A DNA stretch of 64,000 bases from a virus. Made by a program: the position numbers and the translations under genes. Shown here in pieces: positions 9,185-17,575 of the stretch (position 1 is the first letter of the stretch; each line of letters begins with the position of its first letter). Where the stretch lies: the IMG/VR virus record IMGVR_UViG_3300032053_000008; one strand, 5' to 3'. The notes beneath the pieces were generated by a model. It had not been told where the DNA came from, ran no database searches, and worked only from the letters and a program-made list of their open reading frames with translations.

Positions 9185-9211
9185 TAAAGTTTTCCAAGAA
9201 AAGACCGATAA
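9185..9211 (+). promoter_or_regulatory. sigma-28 promoter
   Basis: TAAAGTTT-N11-ACCGATAA. Confidence 0.88.
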
Positions 9212-9241
9212 GGTTTAGGTAAGCAACACAAGGGAGAAAAA

Positions 9242-10064
9242 ATGGTAGTAATTATGACAAAATGGCTTAATGATCACCAAATAAATGGTACCCCTAAAGT
9301 AGACCAAGACAATTTACGTAAACGCCAAATTTTTGCTAGTGTTATCAATACCTTTGATAAACCCAAGAAAAAGCCGCGTAAACGTAAAACCACGTTGTCG
9401 CAGCACAATTTTGGAGACTGCAGATGACCAGACTAGAAAGACTTAGGAGTTTGTACTGGATGATACAACCAGATGAAAGCTATAAAGGTGGTACCGCCAT
9501 TTTAACGGCAGAAGAATTAGCAATGCTTTTGGATGTAGCTGAATTGGTTAGCAATTTAAAGATTGATTACATTACTGCAGGCGCACTAGCCAAACTTAAT
9601 GAAGAGGTTGATAATGACACCTGAAGAGGCTAAAATTGAGTGGAAAAAGCTTTTGTATAAAAGTAGAGAAATCAGTCATCGTCAGGTTCGACTTAAGATT
9701 GAACTGGAAGAGACTATTGAACAGGCAGAAAGTATATGCAAACTTGAAAGAGAAGCTTATAGAAAATATAAGGAACTAAATGAATATGGCAATAATTCTT
9801 AGTGGTATTTTTATAGTAAACATGTACGGTATGGAGTCAGATACCAGTAAAGATATCAATTACTTACTGGTAAAAGACAACTACAATATAGCCTATACCA
9901 CCACAAAAGTCTTGCCAAACAAGTTTGAAGCTGTTATCAAAGTTGAGTGTGAATCGGCCATAGCGCTGAGGCCGGTACCTAAAGTTTTTGATCAAGTTTT
10001 CCCTTGGGGTATTAAAGAACAGATCTATGTGTGTAATACCATTGATTTTAATCTAGTGCCCTAA
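9242..10064 (+). CDS. run of four small coupled hypothetical genes (9242-9427, 9424-9624, 9614-9802, 9780-10064)
   Basis: Overlapping start/stop codons with RBSs. Confidence 0.6.
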
Positions 10065-10089
10065 AGTTTACCAAAGTTTCTACCGATAA
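10062..10089 (+). promoter_or_regulatory. sigma-28 promoter
   Basis: TAAAGTTT-N12-ACCGATAA. Confidence 0.75.
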
Positions 10090-10128
10090 GGTTTCTATAA
10101 CTGGCGACTAAACGCCTAGTAGGTTCTG

Positions 10129-11493
10129 ATGAAAGTTTTGATTTTGACCGTATTGTTAGCCCTTACCGCTTGTAATGAGCCGGTAAAAATGAATGACATT
10201 ACCATCGGCACCAATGGTATTGAAAAGACCTGGGACAAAGGTGTTTCTGATGTTCGCAATGAATACGACAACACCGAAAACCGTGTAAGCGACACCTTGG
10301 CTAAGGCCAATGACGATGTGCTTGACACAGCTGCTAAAGCCAACGCTGACGCTGTTGACGAAGAGCACCGCACAACTGGACGTACCAAAGAAACTCTGGC
10401 CAAAGCTAACAGTGACGTACTGGACGAAGAAGCACGGACTACTGGCCGCGTCAAAGACACCTTGGCTAAAGCTAATGGTGACGTACTTGATACAGCCGCA
10501 CAAGCTAATGAAGATGCAGTTGAAGAAGAGCACAAGTTTAACGATCGCTCCAAGACTACTGCTAAAAAAGCCAACATGGACACGATTGCTGAAGGCGACA
10601 AACTGACTGACCGAATCGTCGGCAGCGATGACAAGACAGTTGACCAGCATGGTGACGAAATCCGTGACCTTCAGCGCCGTATGGCCTTGGTTGAGCAAGT
10701 CAATGAATCTCAGTCCATTATACTTAATTTGCATCATTTACGTCTTGGACAACTAGAAACACGCATGTCTGCTGCAGAAAAAGAACTTATTGATACAAAA
10801 GATTATTTTCTATCTGAAGTGGCTCGTTTGGATACCCAAGACGCAGATCTACAGGCAAACCTTGAAGCTGCTGTTACAGCTTTGAATTCAAGCATTGCCA
10901 GTGAATCGGCTTCCAGGGTTAGCGCTGATGCTCAAATTGTAAGCGACCTTTTAGCTGAAACTTCTAGCCGTGTATCAGCTGATAGCGCATTGCAAACACA
11001 AATCACCAGTCTTTCAGGCAGCCTGTCAACTCTGACCACAAACTTTAACAGTTTTAAGTCTGCCCAACAGTTAAACAATCTTTTCCAACAAGGACAACTT
11101 ATTGCCGCAGGTCTTGTATTGGCTAACTTGTCAAGCCGTATGAATACTGCCGAGAGTGATATTAACAGCCTTGAAACTGCTGTCTCAGCTATTCAAACTG
11201 CTGTTAGTGTTATCAACGGACAATTGGTAACCAACGCTTCAAGCATTTCAACTCTTCAGTCTTCTGTTTCTTCACTTACAACTCTGACAACAACACTGCA
11301 AACAGCCGTCAACTCTTCTTGTACTATCTCCAGAAGCACTGGAACGGTTGAGACATACAAACTGTGTGAAACAACTAACTGGGGTGGGCATTGTACTGAT
11401 TGGGACAGTTATACACTCCGTAATGCCACATTGACCCTTCAGTGCCTTGGAAGACCAGCACAAACATTGTCAAACGTTCTTTTCCGTAACTAA
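10129..11493 (+). CDS. lipoprotein with acidic repeats, long coiled coil and small C-terminal Cys-containing domain
   Basis: Lipobox LALTA-C; TLAKAN.DVLD repeats; heptad-rich Ser/Ala/Leu stalk; C-terminal Cys residues. Confidence 0.8.
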   Translation: MKVLILTVLLALTACNEPVKMNDITIGTNGIEKTWDKGVSDVRNEYDNTENRVSDTLAKANDDVLDTAAKANADAVDEEHRTTGRTKETLAKANSDVLDEEARTTGRVKDTLAKANGDVLDTAAQANEDAVEEEHKFNDRSKTTAKKANMDTIAEGDKLTDRIVGSDDKTVDQHGDEIRDLQRRMALVEQVNESQSIILNLHHLRLGQLETRMSAAEKELIDTKDYFLSEVARLDTQDADLQANLEAAVTALNSSIASESASRVSADAQIVSDLLAETSSRVSADSALQTQITSLSGSLSTLTTNFNSFKSAQQLNNLFQQGQLIAAGLVLANLSSRMNTAESDINSLETAVSAIQTAVSVINGQLVTNASSISTLQSSVSSLTTLTTTLQTAVNSSCTISRSTGTVETYKLCETTNWGGHCTDWDSYTLRNATLTLQCLGRPAQTLSNVLFRN

Positions 11494-11545
11494 GCGAAAC
11501 AGGCCAATCGGCCTGTCTACAGGTGGAACCTGTACTGATGAGCTT
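11482..11545 (+). ncRNA. type II hammerhead ribozyme
   Basis: AAGC-GAAA-CAGGCC(aatc)GGCCTG-TC^-TACAGG(tggaa)CCTGTA-CTGATGA-GCTT: full core, GUC cleavage triplet, stems I-III; loop I can pair with upstream TTCCG. Confidence 0.92.
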
Positions 11546-11604
11546 TAAGAGATTTGTTCACAAAATTGGTCATTTAAGCAAAAAAACGCCAAAATAATAA
11601 ACAC

Positions 11605-11631
11605 TAAAGTTTTTCACCGAAAAGCCGATAA
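11605..11631 (+). promoter_or_regulatory. sigma-28 promoter
   Basis: TAAAGTTT-N11-GCCGATAA. Confidence 0.9.
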
Positions 11632-11655
11632 GGTTCGGGTAACCAGGAGGATGCC

Positions 11656-13182
11656 ATGAAACTTTTCCCATACCAAATCGAAACCATACAAAACTTTATG
11701 GACCATGACGCCAGCGGTGACCCTAAGGTACCTCTAATAGCTCTGGCTACTGGCGCGGGTAAGGGCCGAGTAGCTGTTGAGATTATGTCTGGACTGGTTG
11801 ACCAAAACCCGAAAGAAAGGTTTCTGGTTTTACCGCACGCACAGACAAACCTTAGGTCTAACTTTGTCAAAGAGATTAAGAAGTGGGTTAAGCCGAACCT
11901 TAAGTTCCTAGAAATCAGCCCAGACTCCGAGCCAACGCCAGCCCAAATAGCTGAAGCTAATGTTGTGGTGTGTTTGCCTCAAACGGCTAGGAACCTTTTG
12001 CCATATCTAGGTAATTTTACTAGGATTTTGGTAGATGAAGCTCACGAAAGATACGCCAAAGACAACGAAAACAAAAAGGAATACACCCAGATACGCCAAG
12101 GCTTGCCGAAAGCCAAGGAAATCCTCCTTACCGCGTCCCATGGGGAGTTTAAAAATAGCCACTACAAAAAGTTTACTGTGTCTTTACTGGAAGCTTATAG
12201 TCATGGCACCGTGTCGGATGTGTCACTGGTAGGCGTAAACACCAAATGGGATTTTACAGTCAAAGACTTCAACCAATCCGGCGAAATCGTAAAAGAAGTC
12301 AACATAACGCCACAAAAAGTGGTAGAAGCTTTGCATGACCTGGTTCTCGAAATGGACTCCTGGCGCGGCATTGGGTCCAACAACAAAACCACCAGAGCGA
12401 TCAAGGGTAGCTTTGTGAAAGCCATAAAGCGGCTATCAGGTGACTTCCCTAAGACGGTTATTGCCACCAGAAATATCGACATGGCGGAACAGGTTTATAA
12501 GTTCTTTATAGAGCAAAATGGCTTGGCTGGTCAGGTCATTATGTCGCATAGCAAAAACGACGACGACCGTTTGTTAGAGTTTAATGGAAACGACAAACTG
12601 AAAGTTCTTATAGTTGTCAACAGGGCTAACCTTGGGTTTGACGCTGAAAACGTGATGTGCGTAGTGGATATGACCGGAACCACCAATGAAAACCGTATGA
12701 TGCAGCTTATTGGCCGAGCTGCTAGGGTCCGCCGTGACTCAAAAGGTCAGCCAATCAAAGACGAAAAAGCTTACTTCAAAGTCATGCCCCAGAACATGGA
12801 AATGTATACCAGGGCTCTTTTGCAGTTGTCAGCCCTACTTACTATCAAAAGGTACTACGCTGACTACGAAGGCCGCCAGCCGCTTAAAAAGCAGATTACG
12901 GTAGCCCGTAAAAAGAATGCAATTGCGCAATTTAATGGCACCAGACCTAAAAAGGAAAACGACGGAATATATATACCGGTGCCAAACAGGCTGTCGGATT
13001 TGATTGTTGGAGCAGACCAGTTTTTCACAGAATATGCTAGGACCCACGGCGAATACCTTGAAGTATTTACCAAGACATCCTTAAGTGAAGTAAAGAACTC
13101 TAAGGTTGTTGGAGATGTTGGATTAACACCAAAAGAAATCATTGAATATGCTGAAAATAAATTTGGCAGAACCGTTAGCTAA
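11656..13182 (+). CDS. superfamily 2 (DEAH / type III Res-like) helicase
   Basis: Q motif LFPYQ, Walker A ATGAGKG, DEAH, LTAS, NLGFD, QLIGRAAR. Confidence 0.88.
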   Translation: MKLFPYQIETIQNFMDHDASGDPKVPLIALATGAGKGRVAVEIMSGLVDQNPKERFLVLPHAQTNLRSNFVKEIKKWVKPNLKFLEISPDSEPTPAQIAEANVVVCLPQTARNLLPYLGNFTRILVDEAHERYAKDNENKKEYTQIRQGLPKAKEILLTASHGEFKNSHYKKFTVSLLEAYSHGTVSDVSLVGVNTKWDFTVKDFNQSGEIVKEVNITPQKVVEALHDLVLEMDSWRGIGSNNKTTRAIKGSFVKAIKRLSGDFPKTVIATRNIDMAEQVYKFFIEQNGLAGQVIMSHSKNDDDRLLEFNGNDKLKVLIVVNRANLGFDAENVMCVVDMTGTTNENRMMQLIGRAARVRRDSKGQPIKDEKAYFKVMPQNMEMYTRALLQLSALLTIKRYYADYEGRQPLKKQITVARKKNAIAQFNGTRPKKENDGIYIPVPNRLSDLIVGADQFFTEYARTHGEYLEVFTKTSLSEVKNSKVVGDVGLTPKEIIEYAENKFGRTVS

Positions 13183-13206
13183 AGTTTTCCTGGTTTTGGC
13201 CGATAA
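13180..13206 (+). promoter_or_regulatory. sigma-28 promoter inside an 80-nt insert between helicase and repeat gene
   Basis: TAAAGTTT-N11-GCCGATAA. Confidence 0.88.
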
Positions 13207-13229
13207 AGTTTTGGTAACCGGGAGATCAT

Positions 13230-14678
13230 ATGTTGTACGTATTTGAAAACACAGACGACTGGAAAAAGAAAGACCCAGAATCATACCGGGCTGCTTTAAA
13301 AATTGGTAAAGTGAGAGAAATTGCACTAGAGATTTGTAAAAGAAATCCCAGCAGCTCTGACATTAAAAAAACTCAACTCCTTGAAATGGCTAGAAATGGT
13401 GACAAGAGACCCAGTCAAAGAACTTATCCATTAGGCACGGCTATTGGTAGCTACACAATAAAAGGTAGCGACACTTTTGACGAAGATTTTACCAAACAAA
13501 TCAAAGAAATAGCACCAGATTGGTTTGTAAGTCGATCTAATACAGCTAATACCAAAAAAGCTCAACTCCTTGAAATAGCTAGAAATGGAGAACCGAGACC
13601 CCATCAAACAAAACATTCATTAGGTAGATCTCTTTGTAGCTATACAACAAAAGGTAGGGCGATTTTTGACGAAGATTTTACCAAACAAATCAAAGAAATA
13701 GCACCACATTGGTTTGAAAATACGGCTAATACCAAAAAAGCTCAATTACTTGAAATGGCTAGAAATGGTGACAAAAAACCTCATAGGGAAACCGTACCGG
13801 GCACAGCTCTTCATTCCTACACAACAAAAGGTAGAGACACTTTTGACGAAGATTTTACCAAAGAACTCAAAGAAATAGCACCAGATTGGTTTGTAAGTCG
13901 ATCTAATACAGCTAATACCAAAAAAGCTCAACTCCTTGAAATAGCTAGAAATGGAGAACCGAGACCCCATCAAACAAAACATTCATTAGGCACAGCTCTT
14001 GGTAGCTACACAATAAAAGGTAGCGAGATTTTTGACGAAGATTTTACCAAACAAATCAAAGAAATAGCACCAGATTGGTTTGTAAGTCGATCTAATACAG
14101 CTAATACCAAAAAAGCTCAACTCCTTGAAATAGCTAGAAATGGAGAACCGAGACCCCATCAAACAAAACATTCATTAGGTAGATCTCTTTGTAGCTATAC
14201 AACAAAAGGTAGGGCGATTTTTGACGAAGATTTTACCAAACAAATCAAAGAAATAGCACCACATTGGTTTGAAAATACGGCTAATACCAAAAAAGCTCAA
14301 TTACTTGAAATGGCTAGAAATGGTGACAAAAAACCTCATAGGGAAACCGTACCGGGCACAGCTCTTCATTCCTACACAACAAAAGGTAGAGACACTTTTG
14401 ACGAAGATTTTACCAAAGAACTCAAAGAAATAGCACCAGATTGGTTTGTAAGTCGATCTAATACAGCTAATACCAAAAAAGCTCAACTCCTTGAAATAGC
14501 TAGAAATGGAGAACCGAGACCCCATCAAACAAAACATTCATTAGGCACAGCTCTTGGTAGCTACACAATAAAAGGTAGCGAGATTTTTGACGAAGATTTT
14601 ACCAAACAAATCAAAGAAATAGCACCACACTGGTTTAACTCAAAAAAGAGTTCAAGTTTCCCGCAAAAAAGCCGATAA
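13230..14678 (+). CDS. tandem-repeat protein, 7 x 60-63 aa helicase-associated (HA)-like helical repeats
   Basis: Unit KKAQLLE.ARNG..P....LG..L.SYT.KG...FDEDFTKQIKEIAP.WF. Confidence 0.8.
   Translation: MLYVFENTDDWKKKDPESYRAALKIGKVREIALEICKRNPSSSDIKKTQLLEMARNGDKRPSQRTYPLGTAIGSYTIKGSDTFDEDFTKQIKEIAPDWFVSRSNTANTKKAQLLEIARNGEPRPHQTKHSLGRSLCSYTTKGRAIFDEDFTKQIKEIAPHWFENTANTKKAQLLEMARNGDKKPHRETVPGTALHSYTTKGRDTFDEDFTKELKEIAPDWFVSRSNTANTKKAQLLEIARNGEPRPHQTKHSLGTALGSYTIKGSEIFDEDFTKQIKEIAPDWFVSRSNTANTKKAQLLEIARNGEPRPHQTKHSLGRSLCSYTTKGRAIFDEDFTKQIKEIAPHWFENTANTKKAQLLEMARNGDKKPHRETVPGTALHSYTTKGRDTFDEDFTKELKEIAPDWFVSRSNTANTKKAQLLEIARNGEPRPHQTKHSLGTALGSYTIKGSEIFDEDFTKQIKEIAPHWFNSKKSSSFPQKSR
13364..14637 (+). 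repeat. coding tandem repeats (180-189 nt units) with a 555-nt higher-order duplication
   Basis: Antisense ORFs recur at +555 (13431/13986; 13746/14301); units 2-4 are repeated as 5-7. Confidence 0.9.
14652..14678 (+). promoter_or_regulatory. sigma-28 promoter
   Basis: TCAAGTTT-N11-GCCGATAA; the -10 supplies the upstream stop codon. Confidence 0.82.
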
Positions 14679-14727
14679 GGATATTGTAAGTAGTAGTTAA
14701 CAACATTTCTTCAAGAAAGGAAGAAAT

Positions 14728-15123
14728 ATGAAAAAGGCTCTGGATAAATCAGGTACAGTTTACGCGCAAACGAACAAGGACAACTACCTTGAAAAAATGT
14801 CTAAAGACCCGTCATCGCGGTTTTTTAAACAAAAAGCCATTGACTCAGATTTCGTCAATGAAGTTAAAGAATTAAGGCCGGAATGGTTTGGTCCTAGTAT
14901 TGTGTCTGGTCTTGCTAGAACTGCAGCCGGATTTGATGCCACCCTCTTAAAGGTTTTTACGGACAAAGGTAAGTTTATCGGGTATACTGGTATGGCTAGA
15001 AGAGGTTCTGTTGTCTTCAAGGACGTTAACTGGACAGCTGAAGGCAAGGCTTACTTGGGTGAGCGTAAATCTACGAATGTCCCGTGTTTAAACATAAACA
15101 CAAAAGACATAGTTCCGTTTTGA
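14728..15123 (+). CDS. hypothetical protein with one degenerate copy of the upstream repeat
   Basis: DSDFVNEVKELRPEWF resembles DEDFTKQIKEIAPDWF. Confidence 0.75.
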   Translation: MKKALDKSGTVYAQTNKDNYLEKMSKDPSSRFFKQKAIDSDFVNEVKELRPEWFGPSIVSGLARTAAGFDATLLKVFTDKGKFIGYTGMARRGSVVFKDVNWTAEGKAYLGERKSTNVPCLNINTKDIVPF

Positions 15124-15147
15124 TTTTCTAGAACTCCGAGGATTTAT

Positions 15148-15175
15148 GGCAGTATTATTAAATACTGCCTTTTTT
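15148..15175 (+). terminator. Rho-independent terminator
   Basis: GGCAGTATT/AATACTGCC stem followed by T6. Confidence 0.85.
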
Positions 15176-15178
15176 AAC

Positions 15179-15205
15179 TCAAGTTTTCCACCAAAATACC
15201 GACAA
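15179..15205 (+). promoter_or_regulatory. sigma-28 promoter (variant)
   Basis: TCAAGTTT-N11-ACCGACAA. Confidence 0.65.
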
Positions 15206-15260
15206 GGTGCCTAGTATGAAACAAATAGTAACGAGGGAACAAATAGTAACGAGGGAACAA

Positions 15261-15776
15261 ATGCACCATTACCACCAAGACCAACAAAAGCACCTGACAC
15301 CAGCTATGGCAACTATTCCTCTGGTCCTTAACGGTTACGACAAAATCATGGGTGAGAGGGTAGGCGACACGATTACGTTTATGCACCCAGGATTTGGTAT
15401 TGTAAACAAGCTTGAGCAAAAAACCGACAAAGGTTATATTGAACTGACTTTAGGGGCACGTATAGGTATTGGGCCTCATGGCAGTACCTATATGGTCAAA
15501 GAGTGGCAATCTGGTGGCACGGTCAATCTTGGTGCTATGGCACCAGACTGGGTTGCATACTACAAAGCCACTGCCCAATGGAATCAAGCTGTTGGGTTTG
15601 TTGAGGCTACAGGTGTTGGTATTATGCCAACAGATTGGATCTCATGGCGCAATGCAGTAACAGAAAGGGCTAAAAGCGTTGCATTAGGCATAGGTTGCCC
15701 CCACCAATGGGAACAAAAGCCCTTACTTACAGGAAATTACCATAAATGCCTGCTATGTGGAGAAGAAAAAGTATGA
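15261..15776 (+). CDS. hypothetical protein with tail-fibre-like motif and C-terminal Zn-ribbon
   Basis: Start MHHY after GAGG within an 18-bp duplication; EWQSGGTVNLGA; CPHQW..CLLCG. Confidence 0.65.
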   Translation: MHHYHQDQQKHLTPAMATIPLVLNGYDKIMGERVGDTITFMHPGFGIVNKLEQKTDKGYIELTLGARIGIGPHGSTYMVKEWQSGGTVNLGAMAPDWVAYYKATAQWNQAVGFVEATGVGIMPTDWISWRNAVTERAKSVALGIGCPHQWEQKPLLTGNYHKCLLCGEEKV

Positions 15777-15991
15777 AAACTAAAGGTTTGACACTAGTTG
15801 AGGCACATGCAACTGGTAGAAAATACAGAATGGTTGGTTCTACCTATGGTTATGGTTGGTACGTTAATAAGAATTTTGTTGTGACAGAGAATGGGATAGA
15901 ACACCCAGCCTGGGTTTTAACAATCGAGGCGGCCTGTGCAAGGTACGACCTTGAGCCCGTGGCCAAGCTGCTTACTAGGGAGGATGTATGA
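15773..15991 (+). CDS. truncated paralog of 8073..8354
   Basis: Shares N-terminus and AKLLTREDV, then stops. Confidence 0.7.
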   Translation: MKTKGLTLVEAHATGRKYRMVGSTYGYGWYVNKNFVVTENGIEHPAWVLTIEAACARYDLEPVAKLLTREDV

Positions 15992-16518
15992 AACAGCTAA
16001 CGTATCAAGATATTGTCAATATGGTCCCTTGTCAGTCCCATTACCCTGATAAGTACATCCCAATTACCTGGACTGGCACCATTATAGACATTCTCAGACT
16101 ACCTAACGTAGCACCAACTGAAAAGCTGTGGGTGGCTTATAAGGTACTTGACGATAAGACACTTAGGCTATTTGCAGTTGATTGTGCACGAAGGGCTTTA
16201 GGTAGGGTAGCTAAACCCGACATCAGAAGCTTAATAGCTGTTAACATGGCTGAAGCTTATGCACACGGTAGGTGTACAGCTGAGGAGATGAGAGTAGCTC
16301 GTCAAGGTTCTTATGCTGCTGCTGATGCTGCTGCTAGTTATGCTACTGCTAGTTATGCTGCTGATGCTTATGCTGCTGCTAATTATGCTGCTGCTAGTTA
16401 TACTACTGCTAGTTATGCTGCTGATGCTGCTGCTGCTGATGCTGCTGCTTATGCCCGCAAACAAGAGTGTGAGACACAGATAGTTGAGCTAATTAGGTTG
16501 ATTGAGGAGGATGTATGA
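15988..16518 (+). CDS. Imm5-like / Ala-rich phage protein
   Basis: LRLFAVDCARRAL..DIRS..AEAYAHG followed by (TATGCTGCT)n-encoded Ala-Tyr tract. Confidence 0.6.
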   Translation: MKQLTYQDIVNMVPCQSHYPDKYIPITWTGTIIDILRLPNVAPTEKLWVAYKVLDDKTLRLFAVDCARRALGRVAKPDIRSLIAVNMAEAYAHGRCTAEEMRVARQGSYAAADAAASYATASYAADAYAAANYAAASYTTASYAADAAAADAAAYARKQECETQIVELIRLIEEDV

Positions 16519-17291
16519 GAGACGAACAGGCCACAGACGTGATGAGAGACCTTGAGTACCTGGACGACCAGGGCTCACACTGGGATGCGCTCTACGGTCA
16601 GGACCTGCTCAGAGTAGTGGAAGCCGCGAACAGCATTAGGCAGGACAGGTTATTGATGGTGCAGATACAAATATTACGGCGGGAAATAGCTGTTACGATC
16701 TTGAGGAATGTATGAACATCGTCGATAAAATACTGAACCTAGAAACTGAATGGGGCGACATATGGATCAGCAAAGAGCTGGCCAAAGAGATTATTGCCGC
16801 GCTAAGGGCTGCAAAGGATATAAGGGATGCTTATGCTGACTATATACAAGGCGAATGTGCTTCTTATACTATTGAAGAAATATATGTGCAATGTCCGGAG
16901 ATTAAGGCTTATGACACAGTGACAAAAGGTGACAAATGAAAGATAAAAAAAATAGTATCTTATTGTTTTTATTGCTATTTTCATTTATAGTGCTTTTGTA
17001 TCAGCATGCAAAAGATAGCAACACTAGAATAAAAAAATGTGAAGATACATATACTAGTCCACTTGAAATTCAAGCTTGTTCTAGGGGATGGGGGAAAGTA
17101 AAATGACCAATTTGTCGGCATCTGAGTTTATAGGCGCTACGGTGTGTATAGCTATTATGTTAATGGCCTTTTTTGGTACATTAAGATGTTCGCAAAACTC
17201 TGATACCATTAACAAAATAATTAAAAACCAGTGCGGTCAAATTGATAGCCGCAAAGATTATGACAAGTGCGTTGAAAGCCTTTTGAAATGA
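16515..17291 (+). CDS. four small coupled genes (16515-16715, 16712-16939, 16936-17106, 17103-17291); the last two are membrane-anchored
   Basis: ATGA overlaps; 16936-17106 (56 aa, MKDKKNSILLF) read manually. Confidence 0.6.
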
Positions 17292-17572
17292 CAAAACACG
17301 AAGACTTGCCCTTATTAAACGACCCTAAACTAGAAAAAGAGATCCAAAAAGCACTAGAAAATGGGTGTTGGGTTAGTTTAAAGGACAAGTGTATTGTGTC
17401 TAAGATCTATATGACCTATAAGCAGCACTATTACCTAGGCCAACCTATAGTGACTGACCAGGAGTTTGACAAATACGAAAACATAATTAAAAGCAATTGG
17501 CCTAGTAATCCTTGCCTAAACTGGGTAGGTTTGATATATTCTTCGTGTAAATGTTGCAGACCAAAAGGATGA
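17288..17572 (+). CDS. stand-alone NAD-dependent DNA ligase domain Ia-like protein
   Basis: HYYLGQPIVTDQEFDKYE..WPSNP resembles YY..D.P.++D.EYD.L...P. Confidence 0.55.
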   Translation: MTKHEDLPLLNDPKLEKEIQKALENGCWVSLKDKCIVSKIYMTYKQHYYLGQPIVTDQEFDKYENIIKSNWPSNPCLNWVGLIYSSCKCCRPKG

Positions 17573-17575
17573 CAT

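Noticed and set aside
10100-10140. Second hammerhead at CTGATGA near 10126
   Set aside because: No stem II/GAAA or cleavage-site arrangement; the ATG is simply the gene start
10116-10737. Long antisense ORFs over the lipoprotein gene
   Set aside because: Shadow ORFs from repetitive biased codons; no RBS or promoter
13431-14537. Repeated antisense ORFs (MFCLMGSRF...)
   Set aside because: Shadow frames of the plus-strand repeat gene
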